Shown: piece by piece, positions 51,401 through 64,000 of the stretch
Numbering within the stretch: the first letter of the stretch is position 1
How the letters are laid out: each line of letters begins with the position of its first letter
From: Phoronis australis
Taxonomy: Eukaryota > Animalia > Phoronida
Direction: 5' to 3'
Assembly (NCBI GenBank): GCA_002633005.1
Contig: NMRA01000007.1
Coordinates: 1,448,416-1,512,415 of the forward strand
Length of the DNA: 64,000 nucleotides
Made by a program: the position numbers and the translations under genes
The notes under the pieces: model-generated
What the model was told of the DNA's origin: nothing
Databases searched by the model: none
The model's input: the letters and a program-made list of their open reading frames with translations, nothing else

Positions 51401-54109
51401 AAACGGCCCAGCTGTTACCAAACAAGACATGCAGTTGAGTGAAGTACGTATCTTGTGTAGCTTTGAGTTAGGAGACTTCAAATGTAACCAAAAATAAACC
51501 CAGTTAGATAAGTGTAACGTGGCCATGTTTTTGTTGTGGTTGACCTTGGAATCTTGTCGAATTTCAAAACTTGTTACCTCATCCGCGGACAATGTACGTT
51601 CTCAAGGTACATGCAGACAAAATTCCCTTGATCTACAGTCGATGTGTACAACTGACAAATTTTTACATCATAGGCCGGTATGCACTGATTTTCAATAAAT
51701 AGGTCCATTAGAGGAAAATATTTTCCTGTTTGTGCCAGCATGATGCCAAAGGGAAGGGGTTGGAGTTAACTTAGAATATTGGTTTATTATCCTCATAGTG
51801 GAGGGACAGAGCAATAGGGTATAGGCACAGGAACCATTTGATGGTTGGAGGACGAGGAACCAATCTATTCACTTTTCAATTTTATTTCAATCATAGTTCA
51901 CATGTCAAAACTTAATAATGAATCATTGCTTAATCGACATTTATTGACACCTGCAATATTGGGAGTGGAAACCTGTCTCTGCCCCTCAACATTTTGGCAG
52001 CGGCTCGGGCGCTGCGATCATCAGGTAAAGGAATATTATGAAACCAAACAAAACATTGGCTTACATTTAAGTATGAAATTGGCACAATACCGGTAAATAA
52101 AATGCATAAATTCCATTGTTCTTTCCAGTAAGAACAAAATATGTCAAAGGAAAGTGGAATGCTCAAAATTGTGAAAGGCCATGGGGTGTATCACTGGACA
52201 ACAATCATTTGTCTTTCAAACAAGATTAATCTAATACATGTTTTGTCCCCTTGTGTGGCAATATTTTATCACTGCAGGCAGTGCACTGGCTGGAAAAGCA
52301 CATTAAGCCCTCAAAATACCTAACACTTGAAGTTGATAGAATCTACAAACTTACGTTTGAGGTTTTTATTAAAGCTCGTGGTCCATTGTGTGGTGATGGA
52401 AAGTCTTAATTGACATGAAGACATTGGCTATGATTTACGTGCCGATTCATGTTCTGTCATGTGATTGGAGGGGCCCAGCCCGAAGGCGACTGAAGAACAA
52501 AGATGTTTGTATTATGATAGGAAGCCTTACCTAAAGCCAGTGAAAAAGCGGGCCAATTATGCAATTTTACGGGAAACCACGAGAAGAACCACTGAAGAAC
52601 AAAGATGTTTGTATTATTGGGAGTCTTACCTAAAGCCAGTGAAAAAGCGGGCCAATTATGCAATTTTATGGGAAATCACGAGAAGATGTATGATTATTGG
52701 GACCTCCTGTAATAGTCAGGGGCCGTGACCAAAGGTAGTCAAACAGTGGTGCCTCCAAACTAATGTTGGGTATCCTAATAATGTAACGCAATTTGCTCTT
52801 TGGCAGCCTATAGACTCTGTGGCCCCCTTCAAGTGGGCTGCCTATATTAAAATTGATGGCCTCGCTCGTCGGACGAGGTCACTCACATTAATATTGGAAG
52901 CCTCGCCAGAAGACGGCTGGAAAGCGGTGCCCATAGGCAGCCCTGCTCTTTGACCCCTTTCGGCGAGGCCCCTTATATTAACATAGGTGGCCTCGCTTTT
53001 GAGGCCTGAAATTCAATTTTTTGCCTGTCATTTTAATAAGAATATGTCATTTTAATATGAATTCATTGTCGAGAAAAGGAAAAATTACTTCCTAGTATTT
53101 GACTGATTTGTTGGCTATCAGCAAAAATGACATTATTTGACTTGTTGGGAAAATAGGGCTGTCTTCTTGTGATACGCAATCATTGTGGCTTGGTCAGTGA
53201 TGCACATTTGTATCTAGGTGAGTGGAGCCGACACTGAGATCAAATCATTTCAAAAACCTTCCCATGATGCATTTGGTTTCAACAGTTTCCAAATCAAGGC
53301 TCAATCCAGATCATCACTATTGTCCGTTATTAAGCATTCCGCCGTCTTTTGTCCAGCATATTTACCATGTTTCAAGGATAGTTAGTAAAAACATACAGAA
53401 CTGCCTTCATCAACCAAAATCTGATGCATCTACTTCTGGCTAATGTTTTATCATATTTTTGGAAAAATGATCCCAACTTTTCACTAATATATCAATTGCA
53501 GAATCAAAATGGTGCAAAAATCACCAGTTTTAGTCCAATATATATGATCAGTTCATTTTAGGCAGTGTTTTATTGCTGTAAAGTCATAACTAATGGGCAA
53601 TTGCTCTACTACACAAAAGGACCTTAGAAAGGTGTTCCTGATTAATGGGCATCTTGACAGCTTTGTACAAATTTATTGACAAAGTACAAGATTAAAATAT
53701 CACCAATTTGTCTTAAAAGATCGGTAACACCACATTCTCAAATGAACAAAGACCAATTTGGCAATTATTTTTGTTGGAAATTTATGAGATTTTACTGTAC
53801 TTGTTATATCGTTATTCGTTCAGACTTTCTGGTTTCTCTGCGTACTGGTTTTTTAAATTTTTTATGGATTCAGTCAAAACTTAATCATAGTTAACACTAA
53901 TGCAGATTTTTTAACCAATTTTTTTTTTCGTTGCAGGCATAAAAGAATACTCCAACTGGCCTACGATACCTCAAGTTTACATAAATGGAGAATTTGTGGG
54001 TGGATGTGACATTATGCTTCAATTGCATCAAAATGGAGATTTAATTGATGAACTGGAAAAAATTGGAATTCGTTCAGCGTTACTGGATGATAGTGAAACA
54101 GGAAAATGA
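42500..54109 (+). CDS. GLRX5: Glutaredoxin-5, mitochondrial monothiol glutaredoxin (2 exons: 42500-42761 and 53937-54109; 144 aa)
   Basis: Arg-rich presequence followed by [16 protein letters not shown]...LRQG|[25 protein letters not shown]. Contains the CGFS active site, WPTIPQ and GGCD motifs; phase-1 GT-AG intron; AATAAA at 54880-54885. Confidence 0.96.
43470..44035. repeat. About 50-bp-period array with palindromic TATATTAATATA cores and orientation-switching GC-rich linkers
   Basis: About 11 cores from roughly 43482 to 43990; linkers read gccgaaaggcggccgga or its reverse complement. Confidence 0.85.
44260..45190 (+). mobile_element. Second, diverged pearl-like/HINE copy (5' end unclear)
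   Basis: Same gccactagg core units as 24460-24945 and the same 3' hairpin gcacccacat-ataggt-atgtgggcgc. Confidence 0.65.
45656..46994. mobile_element. 1.3-kb non-autonomous TIR element
   Basis: About 120-bp inverted repeats: gactcacccaaaacaggacctccgggg...catgacc (45656-45778) against 46873-46994. Confidence 0.7.
48490..48552. other. Assembly gap preceded by a poly-G run
   Basis: Run of N. Confidence 1.
48841..49513. repeat. About 98-bp direct repeats 575 bp apart
   Basis: gcttttgctctgcattacataacctgatctgat...tttatatcaat at 48841-48938 and 49416-49513. Confidence 0.8.
52489..52687. repeat. About 100-bp tandem duplication
   Basis: actgaagaacaaagatgtttgtatt...cacgagaaga occurs twice in tandem. 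Confidence 0.85.
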
Positions 54110-54164
54110 TGAAACTGTTCGCTGTATTGTACTGTGTTTTTGATAAATAGTTGGTTTTAGTTTN

Positions 54165-54315
54165 CCCACGAAATTCGGACACTAGCGGAAACCCAACTTT
54201 GGAGGTCCGCCAAATTCGGACACCACAAAATGATATTTCGCGAGATTCGTCCAAGAATGAATATTTTCTATTGGAATTAATTTTCAGTGTCCGAAAATCA
54301 CGCGACTTTACCGTA
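54165..54315 (-). mobile_element. DNA-transposon end fragment in the GLRX5 3' UTR; inverted copy at 63566-63716
   Basis: About 150 bp closely matching the reverse complement of tacggtaaagtcgc...tttcggacact...gaatttcgtg; TA-CGGTA terminus; begins at the single N (54164). Confidence 0.6.
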
Positions 54316-57300
54316 TTTATGTTTCTATTAGTGTGTACACACAAATTCATTATGTATGGAATGTATGCTATGAAAAGTGCATTACTAATATTAATTTTGT
54401 ACGTTAAAGTACGCACTAGTAAGTATTCCAATGAAGATTGTCACTCATCCAGTGACAAGATGTGATTCTAGAAAATTGCATAAGCCACATGCAACACCAT
54501 CTTTGAAAACGATTGTTTTGATTCAAGTTTTGGGGTGGAACTCTTCGTTTTGATTTTATGCACCCACATGTCTGTACCTCTAGTGGTATTTTAGTATATT
54601 ACATTTAGTTCTGTATCTTCGTAGTCTTTTTAGGGATTTTCATGAAATTTGCCAACTAGAGAATTTTATAATAGTTCATACTATAACCACTAGGTGTCTC
54701 TGTAGCTAGCTTCCCACCATTATCTTAGTGACTACACATTGATATTACATAGAGGTAGGAATTATCACCTTTTCCACATGTATTCACTTTATATCCCGTT
54801 TATAGTACATTGTCATTACCCTTAAGCTATACAGTAAGCATTCTCTTTACTTGTACTTTTAGGTCTCCATCATTCTTTCAATAAAGGTTGAAAATATATG
54901 ACGAATGTGTATCTACCAACTAGGTTATTATTAGGGAGACAATGATGCCTGTCTATTCTGCATTTACCTACTGGTCAATTTTATGGTGCTAATAAACACC
55001 CCTAGTAGCACACTGTTTGTGGTGTAGTCGTGGGCAATGTGCTTTACATTGCTCTTGTTTAATATGGTGAGTTAGTATTCCTAATTATGCATGATAAAAC
55101 CTTCGATAGAATGGAGTTCATTAATTATATCTTCGCCAAGATTCGCCGCAGCTAATTTGATTGTCATGTTTGAACTTGGCAATTTTGGCTTGGCCTGTAA
55201 ATTATTGAGACAAACTATCCTCTGGATTTCTTGTCAGCCCTGGAGATCCACATTACAATGAACCTGGTTTATAATATTTGCTCACCCATAACCTTCCATT
55301 CCTCAAGTTCTAAGCAAATAATGCTGCATACAATTTGAGTGAACTTCGGTTACAACGAATGTAAAAGGGCGGGTGATAGTGAAATAACACAGTGGTCGCA
55401 ACATATCAAAGGTTTATTGCAGCCTGACACAAAAACCCTACAAATGTAATAAAAACCAATATCACAAAGGTGTCACTCAATTTAATCATGATATTAAATA
55501 CAGCTAATAACTGACATCCCTTCAATAACATTTCGCTCAACATTCATTTATAAAAAAATGCGTAACGTGTTGCAATAACAACTCTATATTCCAAAGTAGA
55601 GTAAAATGTAATGTAAATTAGCAAAACCTATTCTTTCAATGCACACCAGGTTACAGGGTACCCACTGCAGTAGCAGAGGTAAGAACCAGTTTTGGATGAA
55701 ACCCCCAACACAATGAAGGGGTTTGGTAACCCTTAAAATTAAACCTGCATTTCTCCAGGTTTAGCCGGCTATACAATAAGCTTGATATTTTACTCTCCTA
55801 GATTTGGTCCGACGATATTCCTTACCGTGGTAGGATTCTATTTCCACTACCAAAATGAACCACCAGCAAATAAAGAAAATGCTTCAAAGTTCATTGAGAC
55901 TGGCCAAAATTAAATTTGCAGAAAAAATGGGATATACATTATTGCCTGTGACTTGAGCTGCTATCTCGTGCAACAAAATTCAAGATCAGATGAGCCGTGG
56001 TATTGTTTTTGAACCCCACACTGCTTAGGATAAAAATTCAACATCAGCAGCTTAGCAATGGTGAAATGCAGCCTTAATAAAAATTTTGATTCTAGGAAAT
56101 ATCTAAAAAAAATCCCAGTACTGAATGAAAAACCTTAGGAAGATACACATTTTCTTCTATTATCATTTATAAGAAACAACTGGGAGTTTTAATTTGTCGA
56201 AAATTCAAAAAAAAATTCATTCAAGGCAACAACGAAGCTTCATGGAATCTGTAAAAATACCATGGTCTTATTTCAACATAAAAAATGAAGTGGTTGACAA
56301 ATATATAATAAATACAAAATGTGGCATTACAAACATTAATTTATAAGTGAGACAACTTTTGTAAGATGAGAGATTCATAATATTGTCGAGTTCAGTGGTT
56401 AAAATACCATAGCTCTAAAATACTGATGCTTACTCAATTTCACCACTGGTCTCCAACATAGATTATAGACAACAGTCTATGATGTTGACTTCAATCTTTA
56501 TAATCATACCTTTGGAATGAAATCTAGCAAGATATTGACAATACTACAATTTAGTAAATTTAATTATTTAATTGTTGTAAGATAAATTTACATATCTAAA
56601 ATAAATGTAAATGAAATCTAAGAACTCTGGTGATCAATAAGAAAATCAGGGTCAATGCAATTGAAAAAAATAACTTACTGAAAAACAACATGATCTCAAT
56701 AGCGTAAGTATCCTTTAACAAATTTTGTATTTATTACACACATAAAGAATAAGAGTATTGAAGATTACCATGTATAAGCTAAATGGTAGTCATGGCATGA
56801 AAATTATAGCCTTCATTTTTATTACTCTAATTCTCCACTCAAAACTGCAATTTTCCATTTTTCAAAGGCCCATTATTTTGCTACAACTAATCAAAACTTT
56901 TGACACATGCTGTTTTAGGGCATCTGCACGGTACAAACTAATGCTAGTAATTGGCTAACTTTTTCCTTATCTTTATTTTTGAGAGACATTTGGCAAAACA
57001 GAACTTCACTAGTGGGTCATGTCGAGTGTTAAATAAGTGAAGAACTACCGTCAATAGCAGGAATGTATTTATCAATGAGAAACTTGACCCCATTGCTCTC
57101 ATATCTCATGATTTGCATTGACAACCTAACGTTGCTCAATTTCTATTCAGAACTGATTCGCATTATTATTTGGGCATGAGAAGTATGCCAAAGGGAACTT
57201 GACTCCAGGAGAAGACTACCACCCAATTCAAGTGCCCACAGTTAAAAAAACTTTACTTTTATTTACAGTTCACCAGCAGATCAAAGATTTTGTGGGGGGG

Positions 57301-57802
57301 GGGGGCTCAACAGCAATTTTCAGAGGAAAACTGTCCACATAATCCCTAAAAACGGCATGCAACATGTGTTTTTTATTTGTTTTTTGATTTTGTTCATACT
57401 GCGTGAGCAACTCAGGCCCCCCAAATCCACCTATGCAGTTATTGAAATGATATCACGGAATTTTCAAAATATTAATACACTATAACACGCAATCACTCAA
57501 TTCCTCAATTTCAGTTACTGAAATTTTCACAAGATTATAATTCTGATTTTGGAGGACATTGCCTAAATTTTAGATATCATTGAAAGCAATACCGTAATTA
57601 CAAATATTCTCATTTCATTCAAAATTACACACATGGTCTTTAATTTCTAGGAAAGTAATTACTTTTCTCAGTGTCCGAAAGTAATAAAGTTTTGCAGCAT
57701 CTCCAAACTTGAAGTACTTGTTCATGTTATAAGTACAGGTTGTATTTTCAAGTGTATTGCATATGTCCCACAGTAGTCTTGGATATTCACTTCAAAAATA
57801 TG

Positions 57803-58723
57803 CTAGAGCTGCTTAATTTCCCAATCAATCCCATTTCCTTCTTGTTTAAATGGCAGGGGTACAACAAATCTTACCAACCAGTAAGGACCGAAAACTGACC
57901 TAAAATTTGACCAACAGCCTTGGTTGTACTTTTTAACATACTTAAAAAATTCTGTTGTAGTTTGCCCTCTCTTGATTATTAAAAGCTGCCAGTGGAGATA
58001 CATTAGTGACCCTGCAAAGGTCATGGCACATAAATATACGTGGACATAGAGCAGCAAGTCAAATGAAGTGATTTCGTCGATACACCATTGGTACAACGGA
58101 AGTGGTGGAAAAAACAAAGCAGAAAAGCCATATCTAGTCGACAGATATAGCCCGAGCGAATACAGCATCCAAATTTGAGACACTGTCACCCAGAACAGCC
58201 AGACAACAAAATATTTCTGATTGCTAAACCCTATACAGCAGGCTGTGAAAAAACAATGATGATCGCATTTGAGTATGCACATGTTACACAAGCTGCAGTG
58301 GTGTGAACGAGGGGGCGCTTTCTGTTGACAGGCAATACAGTGAGTCCACTCTTCCGTGTATTTATCCATGTCTCTGCGCTCGTCTTTGTGCACTCCATTC
58401 TGCTCCACCTGTTGGCTGAGATTGTAACTGATGGCACTTTTTCTGGCTGCTAGTATCCAGTTGAGTACATTTTCTACAGCAATCACAACAATACATACGG
58501 ATGAAATGTATTGTTTATGCGGATCATCTTTATGGATATCGCCAGCGACATACAGAAATAGACATAGGCATATGATGGTCATGTACCACACGTAAGATGA
58601 TGCAAAGTAATTGAGTGTCTGTGGCTTTGCAGTGAAGTTTCGATTCTTATAGTGCTCAGCCAGTCTCTCTTTGAGAGTTGGTCGACTCCTTATTTCTTGA
58701 ACAAAGGTGTCATCAGTAGGCAT
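57803..58723 (-). CDS. DHHC palmitoyltransferase (ZDHHC22/24-like), 306 aa, single coding exon
   Basis: Cys-rich domain CIACQQKAPPRSHHCSLCNMCILKCDHHCFFTACCIGFSNQKYF, GQTT.E motif, NFRSVFG and hydrophobic segments; acceptor tttcAG 3 nt before the ATG. Confidence 0.93.
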   Translation of the reverse strand: MPTDDTFVQEIRSRPTLKERLAEHYKNRNFTAKPQTLNYFASSYVWYMTIICLCLFLYVAGDIHKDDPHKQYISSVCIVVIAVENVLNWILAARKSAISYNLSQQVEQNGVHKDERRDMDKYTEEWTHCIACQQKAPPRSHHCSLCNMCILKCDHHCFFTACCIGFSNQKYFVVWLFWVTVSQIWMLYSLGLYLSTRYGFSALFFPPLPLYQWCIDEITSFDLLLYVHVYLCAMTFAGSLMYLHWQLLIIKRGQTTTEFFKYVKKYNQGCWSNFRSVFGPYWLVRFVVPLPFKQEGNGIDWEIKQL

Positions 58724-59208
58724 TGTCTGAAAGGATATTAGAAAGACAACGTTAAGATCTTCTCATGGCATAAGCAAAGCACACCAAATCAGGCCACATA
58801 AACTTGTATTTAAACACAGCTTAAGAACCTCAAAAAATTCCAGGCTAAGTTGTAGTCACTAAAATGAGACAAGACCAAAGAAGCGTAGTTGGTTCTGGTC
58901 TGTTTTTTTGAAAACAAGTAGGTATTCCAGTGTGGTATTTTAGTAGCTAATCTTTTTCAGGAAAGAACATCCACCTGAGCTGAGCAGATGCGGGATTTGT
59001 TTTTTACGTCATCATTTGGCAGTGTCACTGGGTATCACATAATATGATTGCAATTCTAGGTTGACCCGCGCAGTGGAATGAGAATCCCGGCGATTGACTG
59101 TCGGCCAGCCGGGATATAGTCGTGTCCTTATCAGTTTGACAGTGGCAAACCAATGTTTACATTGTCCTATAGGAACTACACCGTCTATAGCCGTCTATAG
59201 TCAGCTAG

Positions 59209-59443
59209 CAGTGGCAGATCTACGATTTCAGTAAGGGGGGTTTAGGATTCGAGAGAATCCGAGGCGCGTAGCGCCGAGGAGAAGGAAGGTCGCGAGAGGG
59301 TTTCCCTCCTCCCGTGTAAGATTTTCTTGGATTTTTAGTAGCTAATTTCGTTTTTCTGTCGATTTTTTTTACAATTTTTATTTTTGATCCTGTCCCGAGG
59401 GGGGGTTTAAACCCCCTGAACCCCCCCTGTGGATCCGCCTCTG
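59209..59443. mobile_element. MITE with CAGTGGC termini and a 5-bp TSD (hAT5-like); related copy near 62230-62381
   Basis: TIRs cagtggcagatc and gatccgcctctg, flanked by gctag on both sides (59204-59208 and 59444-59448). Confidence 0.7.
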
Positions 59444-60989
59444 GCTAGAGACAGTGGTCACTGCCTGTTGAGGCACAGAAATTGGTGAATACAGAATAAT
59501 CAATAAGCCAGGTCTGTGGGGAGACAACTAGGTTAATTTACACTGGAATTGATTATCTTTTGAGACGTCAACTCAGTTTACCGCCTTCACAACTGCTTTT
59601 TACCTAATGGTGATATTCAGACTCTTAACTTCAATACCTTTCATTCAATTAAATGCCCTGTACATGTGCACTTCTCAGTGTTCATTCAACTCCAGCACAC
59701 TTGCGTCCCTCGATACACATCCGGTTAAAACACTTTCCCCCAAACAAACCTTTTCGAACTTTCTGGGTGTCGCCCCGTGCAGCCTAGTCCTTCAAATAGA
59801 GATGATCGGTAGCCATTCAACGGCGAAGGTGCGAATCTGTTTTCTACTCCGGGGCTTCTGTTTTACAAGGGGTCATGAAACGTCAGAGACGTACTCTGTG
59901 CGGTTTTGGCGGTTAAAAGTCAGTTCTGGCACGGCCAACAACCCGGCGGCCTCAGGGCCGCACCCAACTTACAAAAAGAGCTAGTATTCACTTTTTTCAT
60001 CAAGTTTGCGATTTAGTTTTGTCTCCTTTGAAACCATGCGGACCTGTCTAGGGTTGTTTCTTTCATTTGCTCGAATAGTTCAACTGCACCGTGGTTGATC
60101 ACTCAGCCGGTCGAAAGATTCAAACTTTCCCTTTTTCAAGTTTGCCGATTTCCGATTGTCTTATTCGATTTCCAGTTTCATCTTTTTTCGCCTCTACCTT
60201 AACTTTTTTCATAAAAAAGCGTTTATTTCAGTTAAATTGTACAACACAAAAAATATACATTTCTTTCACTGACACAAGCCTTTTTAATTTGTGGAACAAT
60301 ACATCACCTGGAAATTTAATCTTTTTTGTCATTGGTCGTTTCAAGCCCCGGACTTATCATGCGCATGCCTGCCCTACGACGGTCATTTTTAGGTTTGTCC
60401 GCTACAATAATTTCCACCTAGGTTGAATTATTTCCATCTAGGTGGAAAAGGAAAAATAAAAAAATGATTAAACTGAAATAGCGATACTTTCCGCGGGCCA
60501 CCGTAGAACAAACCTCCGACGATGGCATATAGTCAGCACCGGAATTGAAATTTGGCCACGCTACATATGCTTGCGTTCCTACAATAAACGCTTACGTTGA
60601 GTCTCGTTTTTTAAAAACTACTGAGAAAGAACAAGATTACAGAAATGACAGTTCCTCGGATACGGCACACTGTGGTAGCAGAACGAGTTTTTTTAAAATG
60701 ACGCCTCTCAATTTTCCATGAACGGCAAATTTTTGTACATAAGTTGGCACTCACAGATCTAAACAAATCACACTCATTGAATAAGTCTAGTTAATTTCTT
60801 AAGAAATATAATATACTGCAGTATAAAACGTAAAAGTGAATGTCGTAGCAGCAGACATAACTAGCCAGCCAGCTAGTATACAGCTTTGCAGCAAGGCTAC
60901 AACAGGCACTGCTCCTGTTTCACAGCGCCGGCATCTGCGAGTTGAAAACTTCACGCGAGGTTAGAGGGGATCCAAAGTGTGCACAAACG

Positions 60990-61545
<556 letters not shown>

Positions 61546-61573
61546 ACGTCGAGAACCCATCTCGAACATCAAC

Positions 61574-61613
61574 GGCCCTTTTAAGGGCCACCTATCACTT
61601 CCAAAGAGAGCTG
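61574..61613 (+). terminator. Histone mRNA 3' stem-loop and histone downstream element
   Basis: GGCCCT-TTTA-AGGGCC (61574-61589), then ACC and the purine-rich CAAAGAGAGCTG (61602-61613). Confidence 0.95.
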
Positions 61614-63463
61614 TTCACTTTAGCTTCTTTATAATTGTCTCACAGGGTCTTAAATAATCAAGTCATTCCACATGAAATCACCCAAAGGGTGTCTGCCGAG
61701 TCTCGGATATTGAGTACAAATTTTACTGAGACGTTTATTACAATACACGACGATTACTTTCAAAATTTAATTTAATTTAAATGTCATCTCTGAGATATAG
61801 CTCTTTGTGAAACATTGCGTATGTAGATTAACAGAATACTAGACTGTCAGAATTTGTCACCAGTATTTGCAGCAAGTGCCTTACCTGATATATTCTGATA
61901 CCCTGTTAAAACACAAGCATCTTCAGTTCAATGCAATAGTTAATTTTGAAGTTAGAAGCTTCCAAAATCAGTTTCAACTTCGCGAGAGGACAAAAATGAG
62001 TGTGGCACCCAATATTCAAAGGACCATATCTTGGAGATCCTTTGACGCGGGTAAATGAAATTTTGCAGGTAATCATTGTGTATAGTGATAACGTCTCGGT
62101 AAATTTTTATCCAATTCTGAGATGGTGACCTGTCACCTGCTGGGTGATTTCATGACCTAAATCTCTCGTAGCCTTGGTGCCGGCATATACTCAGCTGGAG
62201 GTCCACCACTTGATAAAAACCAAAAGAATTAGTGGCGGATTTAGAGGGGGGACCATGCCCCCCTAAAATTCTGCCAGATTCTATTTAGTAGTTCGGGGGT
62301 GCGAATGTTTGACGGGCAAAATCCTGGCTAATACTCTGCCCTTGCCCCACCCCCTAACTCAAAATCCTGGATCCGTTCCTGAGAGGGGCAGGAAAATTAT
62401 TGTTCAATGTGTTAGTGCTAACCAAATCAAATTCCCTTGACACGTTCAGAAAACCGCATGCGGTCTTACCGGTTATATTTCGCATCTTTTTACCCCTCCT
62501 CTAACCTTAGAATCGTACACTATTTTTAGCCTTCTGAAATTAGTCTATGCTCTCTAATAGCAGTTAAAAGAAAATTGTTCTTGATCCTAATCCGCCAGTG
62601 CCGTGTTTTCGACTCACACCATCCACCATTTGTGCAACACAACGTGACGTTGCCTTTTTGTTTTCATAATCATGCGACCATAATACTGTATTCATTTGGC
62701 TTTATTTAGTATTGATGGTGCATGGAAAATGACCAACTGAGAAACGCAGAGTGTAAAGCGAGCGGTTTGTCATGACATTTTGAAAAACAAGTCAGACAGA
62801 AAACGATTGAAATTGACACTTCGTAAAACTAACATCCAGTCAAGCCAGGGGTGTGTGTCAAAGCTCCCTAACGTCTTTTGAAACCTTTTGTTTTCAGATA
62901 CGCAAGTCCACTGACCACTGAGTCGCCACCTGGTATCTTGAGTGAGAACTCTAGCCCTAGGGTAGAGTTCTATGAGTAGGCCAAATTCACGTGCCCTTCC
63001 TCTGTCAGGAGAGTATTGAAGGTTTATTCACACCTATATTCTCGATAGTTTGCTCTGTATTGTAAAATGAGACCGTCTACTAAACCGTCGCAAAAAGAAA
63101 CACATTTTTATCGTGTTTAATACAAAATGTGTTTCAAATTGAGTAAACATTTCGATATTAGGAACATGGCATTAAGGCTGGCTCGTTTTTGACTTATGAA
63201 GTCTGTTGAACAATTGAACCAGCCCAAATGGGTACCGGTCCCCGCGTCGAACAAATTGATGCTATAAACAGTTTAGGTACCTTGATAAACCTACACATGA
63301 TTATAGGCCAACTGTATATTTTGCCACCGAGCAAATTCGATTTTGTTCTTCCACTTACACGTTTCAGTAGCCTCTGTAGACAACACTTAGCCCCTCGGCT
63401 GGCTACAGGGACCTCATTACTCCCATCATTTCTGTAGGTCGACTAATATCATCCTTTGTACTT

Positions 63464-63716
63464 AAAACGGGCGGTAGGCCAAATCCGCTCACCGAAAATT
63501 CGATTCCACATCATCAAAATGCATTTCACACTTAATCTTACTTTTTCAGGGATCCTTTCTGGTTCTACGGTAAAGTCGCATGATTTTCGGACACTGAAAA
63601 TTAATTCCAATAGAAAAAATTCATTCTTGGACGAATCTCGCGAAACATCATTTCTGTGGTGTCCGAATTTGGCGGACCTCCAGATTTGGGTTTCCGCTAG
63701 TGTCCGAATTTCGTGA
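63464..63716 (+). mobile_element. Composite of two dispersed repeats
   Basis: 63464-63565 resembles 51075-51185; 63566-63716 is the inverted homolog of 54165-54315. Confidence 0.55.
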
Positions 63717-64000
63717 GTGTACATTATTTCGATGAGCGGTCGTAGTATCAACATTGCTGGCTCAATCATTTGATAGCAGTACAATTGCAGGTAAATGAGA
63801 CTCAAATGGTCTGCGCGATTAATTTTTGAAAATCTGGCTTTCCCAATAAGAAATGTGCGCTGTCGACGCACAAGACCGTTCCCGACAAGTGTTGGTTCTT
63901 CTTTTCAAAGATGCGCTTTCTCAATATGAAATATTCGGCTTGCATTGCCGATGCTCAAAAACCGTTCTCGGCAAGTGACGGAATCTTTTCAAAACTGCGC

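Larger units (their letters stand above)
43410..53055. mobile_element. Putative foldback-type element: inverted, internally repetitive arms (43410 to about 44035 and about 52835 to 53055) bracketing about 9.6 kb
   Basis: Left arm ttaaaatgacttattcttattaaaatgacctaggcaaaaaattgaatttcggacctcaaaagcgaggcc matches the reverse complement of the right arm over about 120 bp; TAT flanks both sides. The span includes an assembly gap. Confidence 0.5.

Noticed and set aside
54012-54465. ORFs similar to those at 63449-63871
   Set aside because: The similarity is explained by a shared non-coding transposon end.

Overview
AT-rich, intron- and MITE-rich animal genomic DNA. It is probably a marine invertebrate; the pearl/HINE-type repeats suggest a mollusc, which is inference only. 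There is an assembly gap at 48490-48552 and a single N at 54164. Manual exon reconstruction gives six protein-coding loci. (1) The 5' end of a pyruvate kinase gene on the minus strand, running off the left edge, with two paralogous copies of its N-terminal exon (1001-1166 and 57-152) and a candidate ATG mini-exon at 10580-10612. (2) A PTB+SH2 adaptor gene with an uninterrupted CDS (4602-5687, minus), probably nested in the pyruvate kinase intron on the same strand. (3) A 21-exon, about 903-aa ankyrin-repeat + GH20 hexosaminidase-fold gene (42110->22502) whose catalytic Asp-Glu motif appears lost. (4) Mitochondrial glutaredoxin-5, head-to-head with gene 3, whose 11-kb intron holds a foldback-like inverted-repeat structure. 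(5) A ZDHHC palmitoyltransferase with a single coding exon. (6) An apparently solitary replication-dependent histone H3 with a full promoter, stem-loop and HDE. Most short ORFs in the supplied track are spurious or are exon fragments. All homology calls come from recalled motifs, not database searches.
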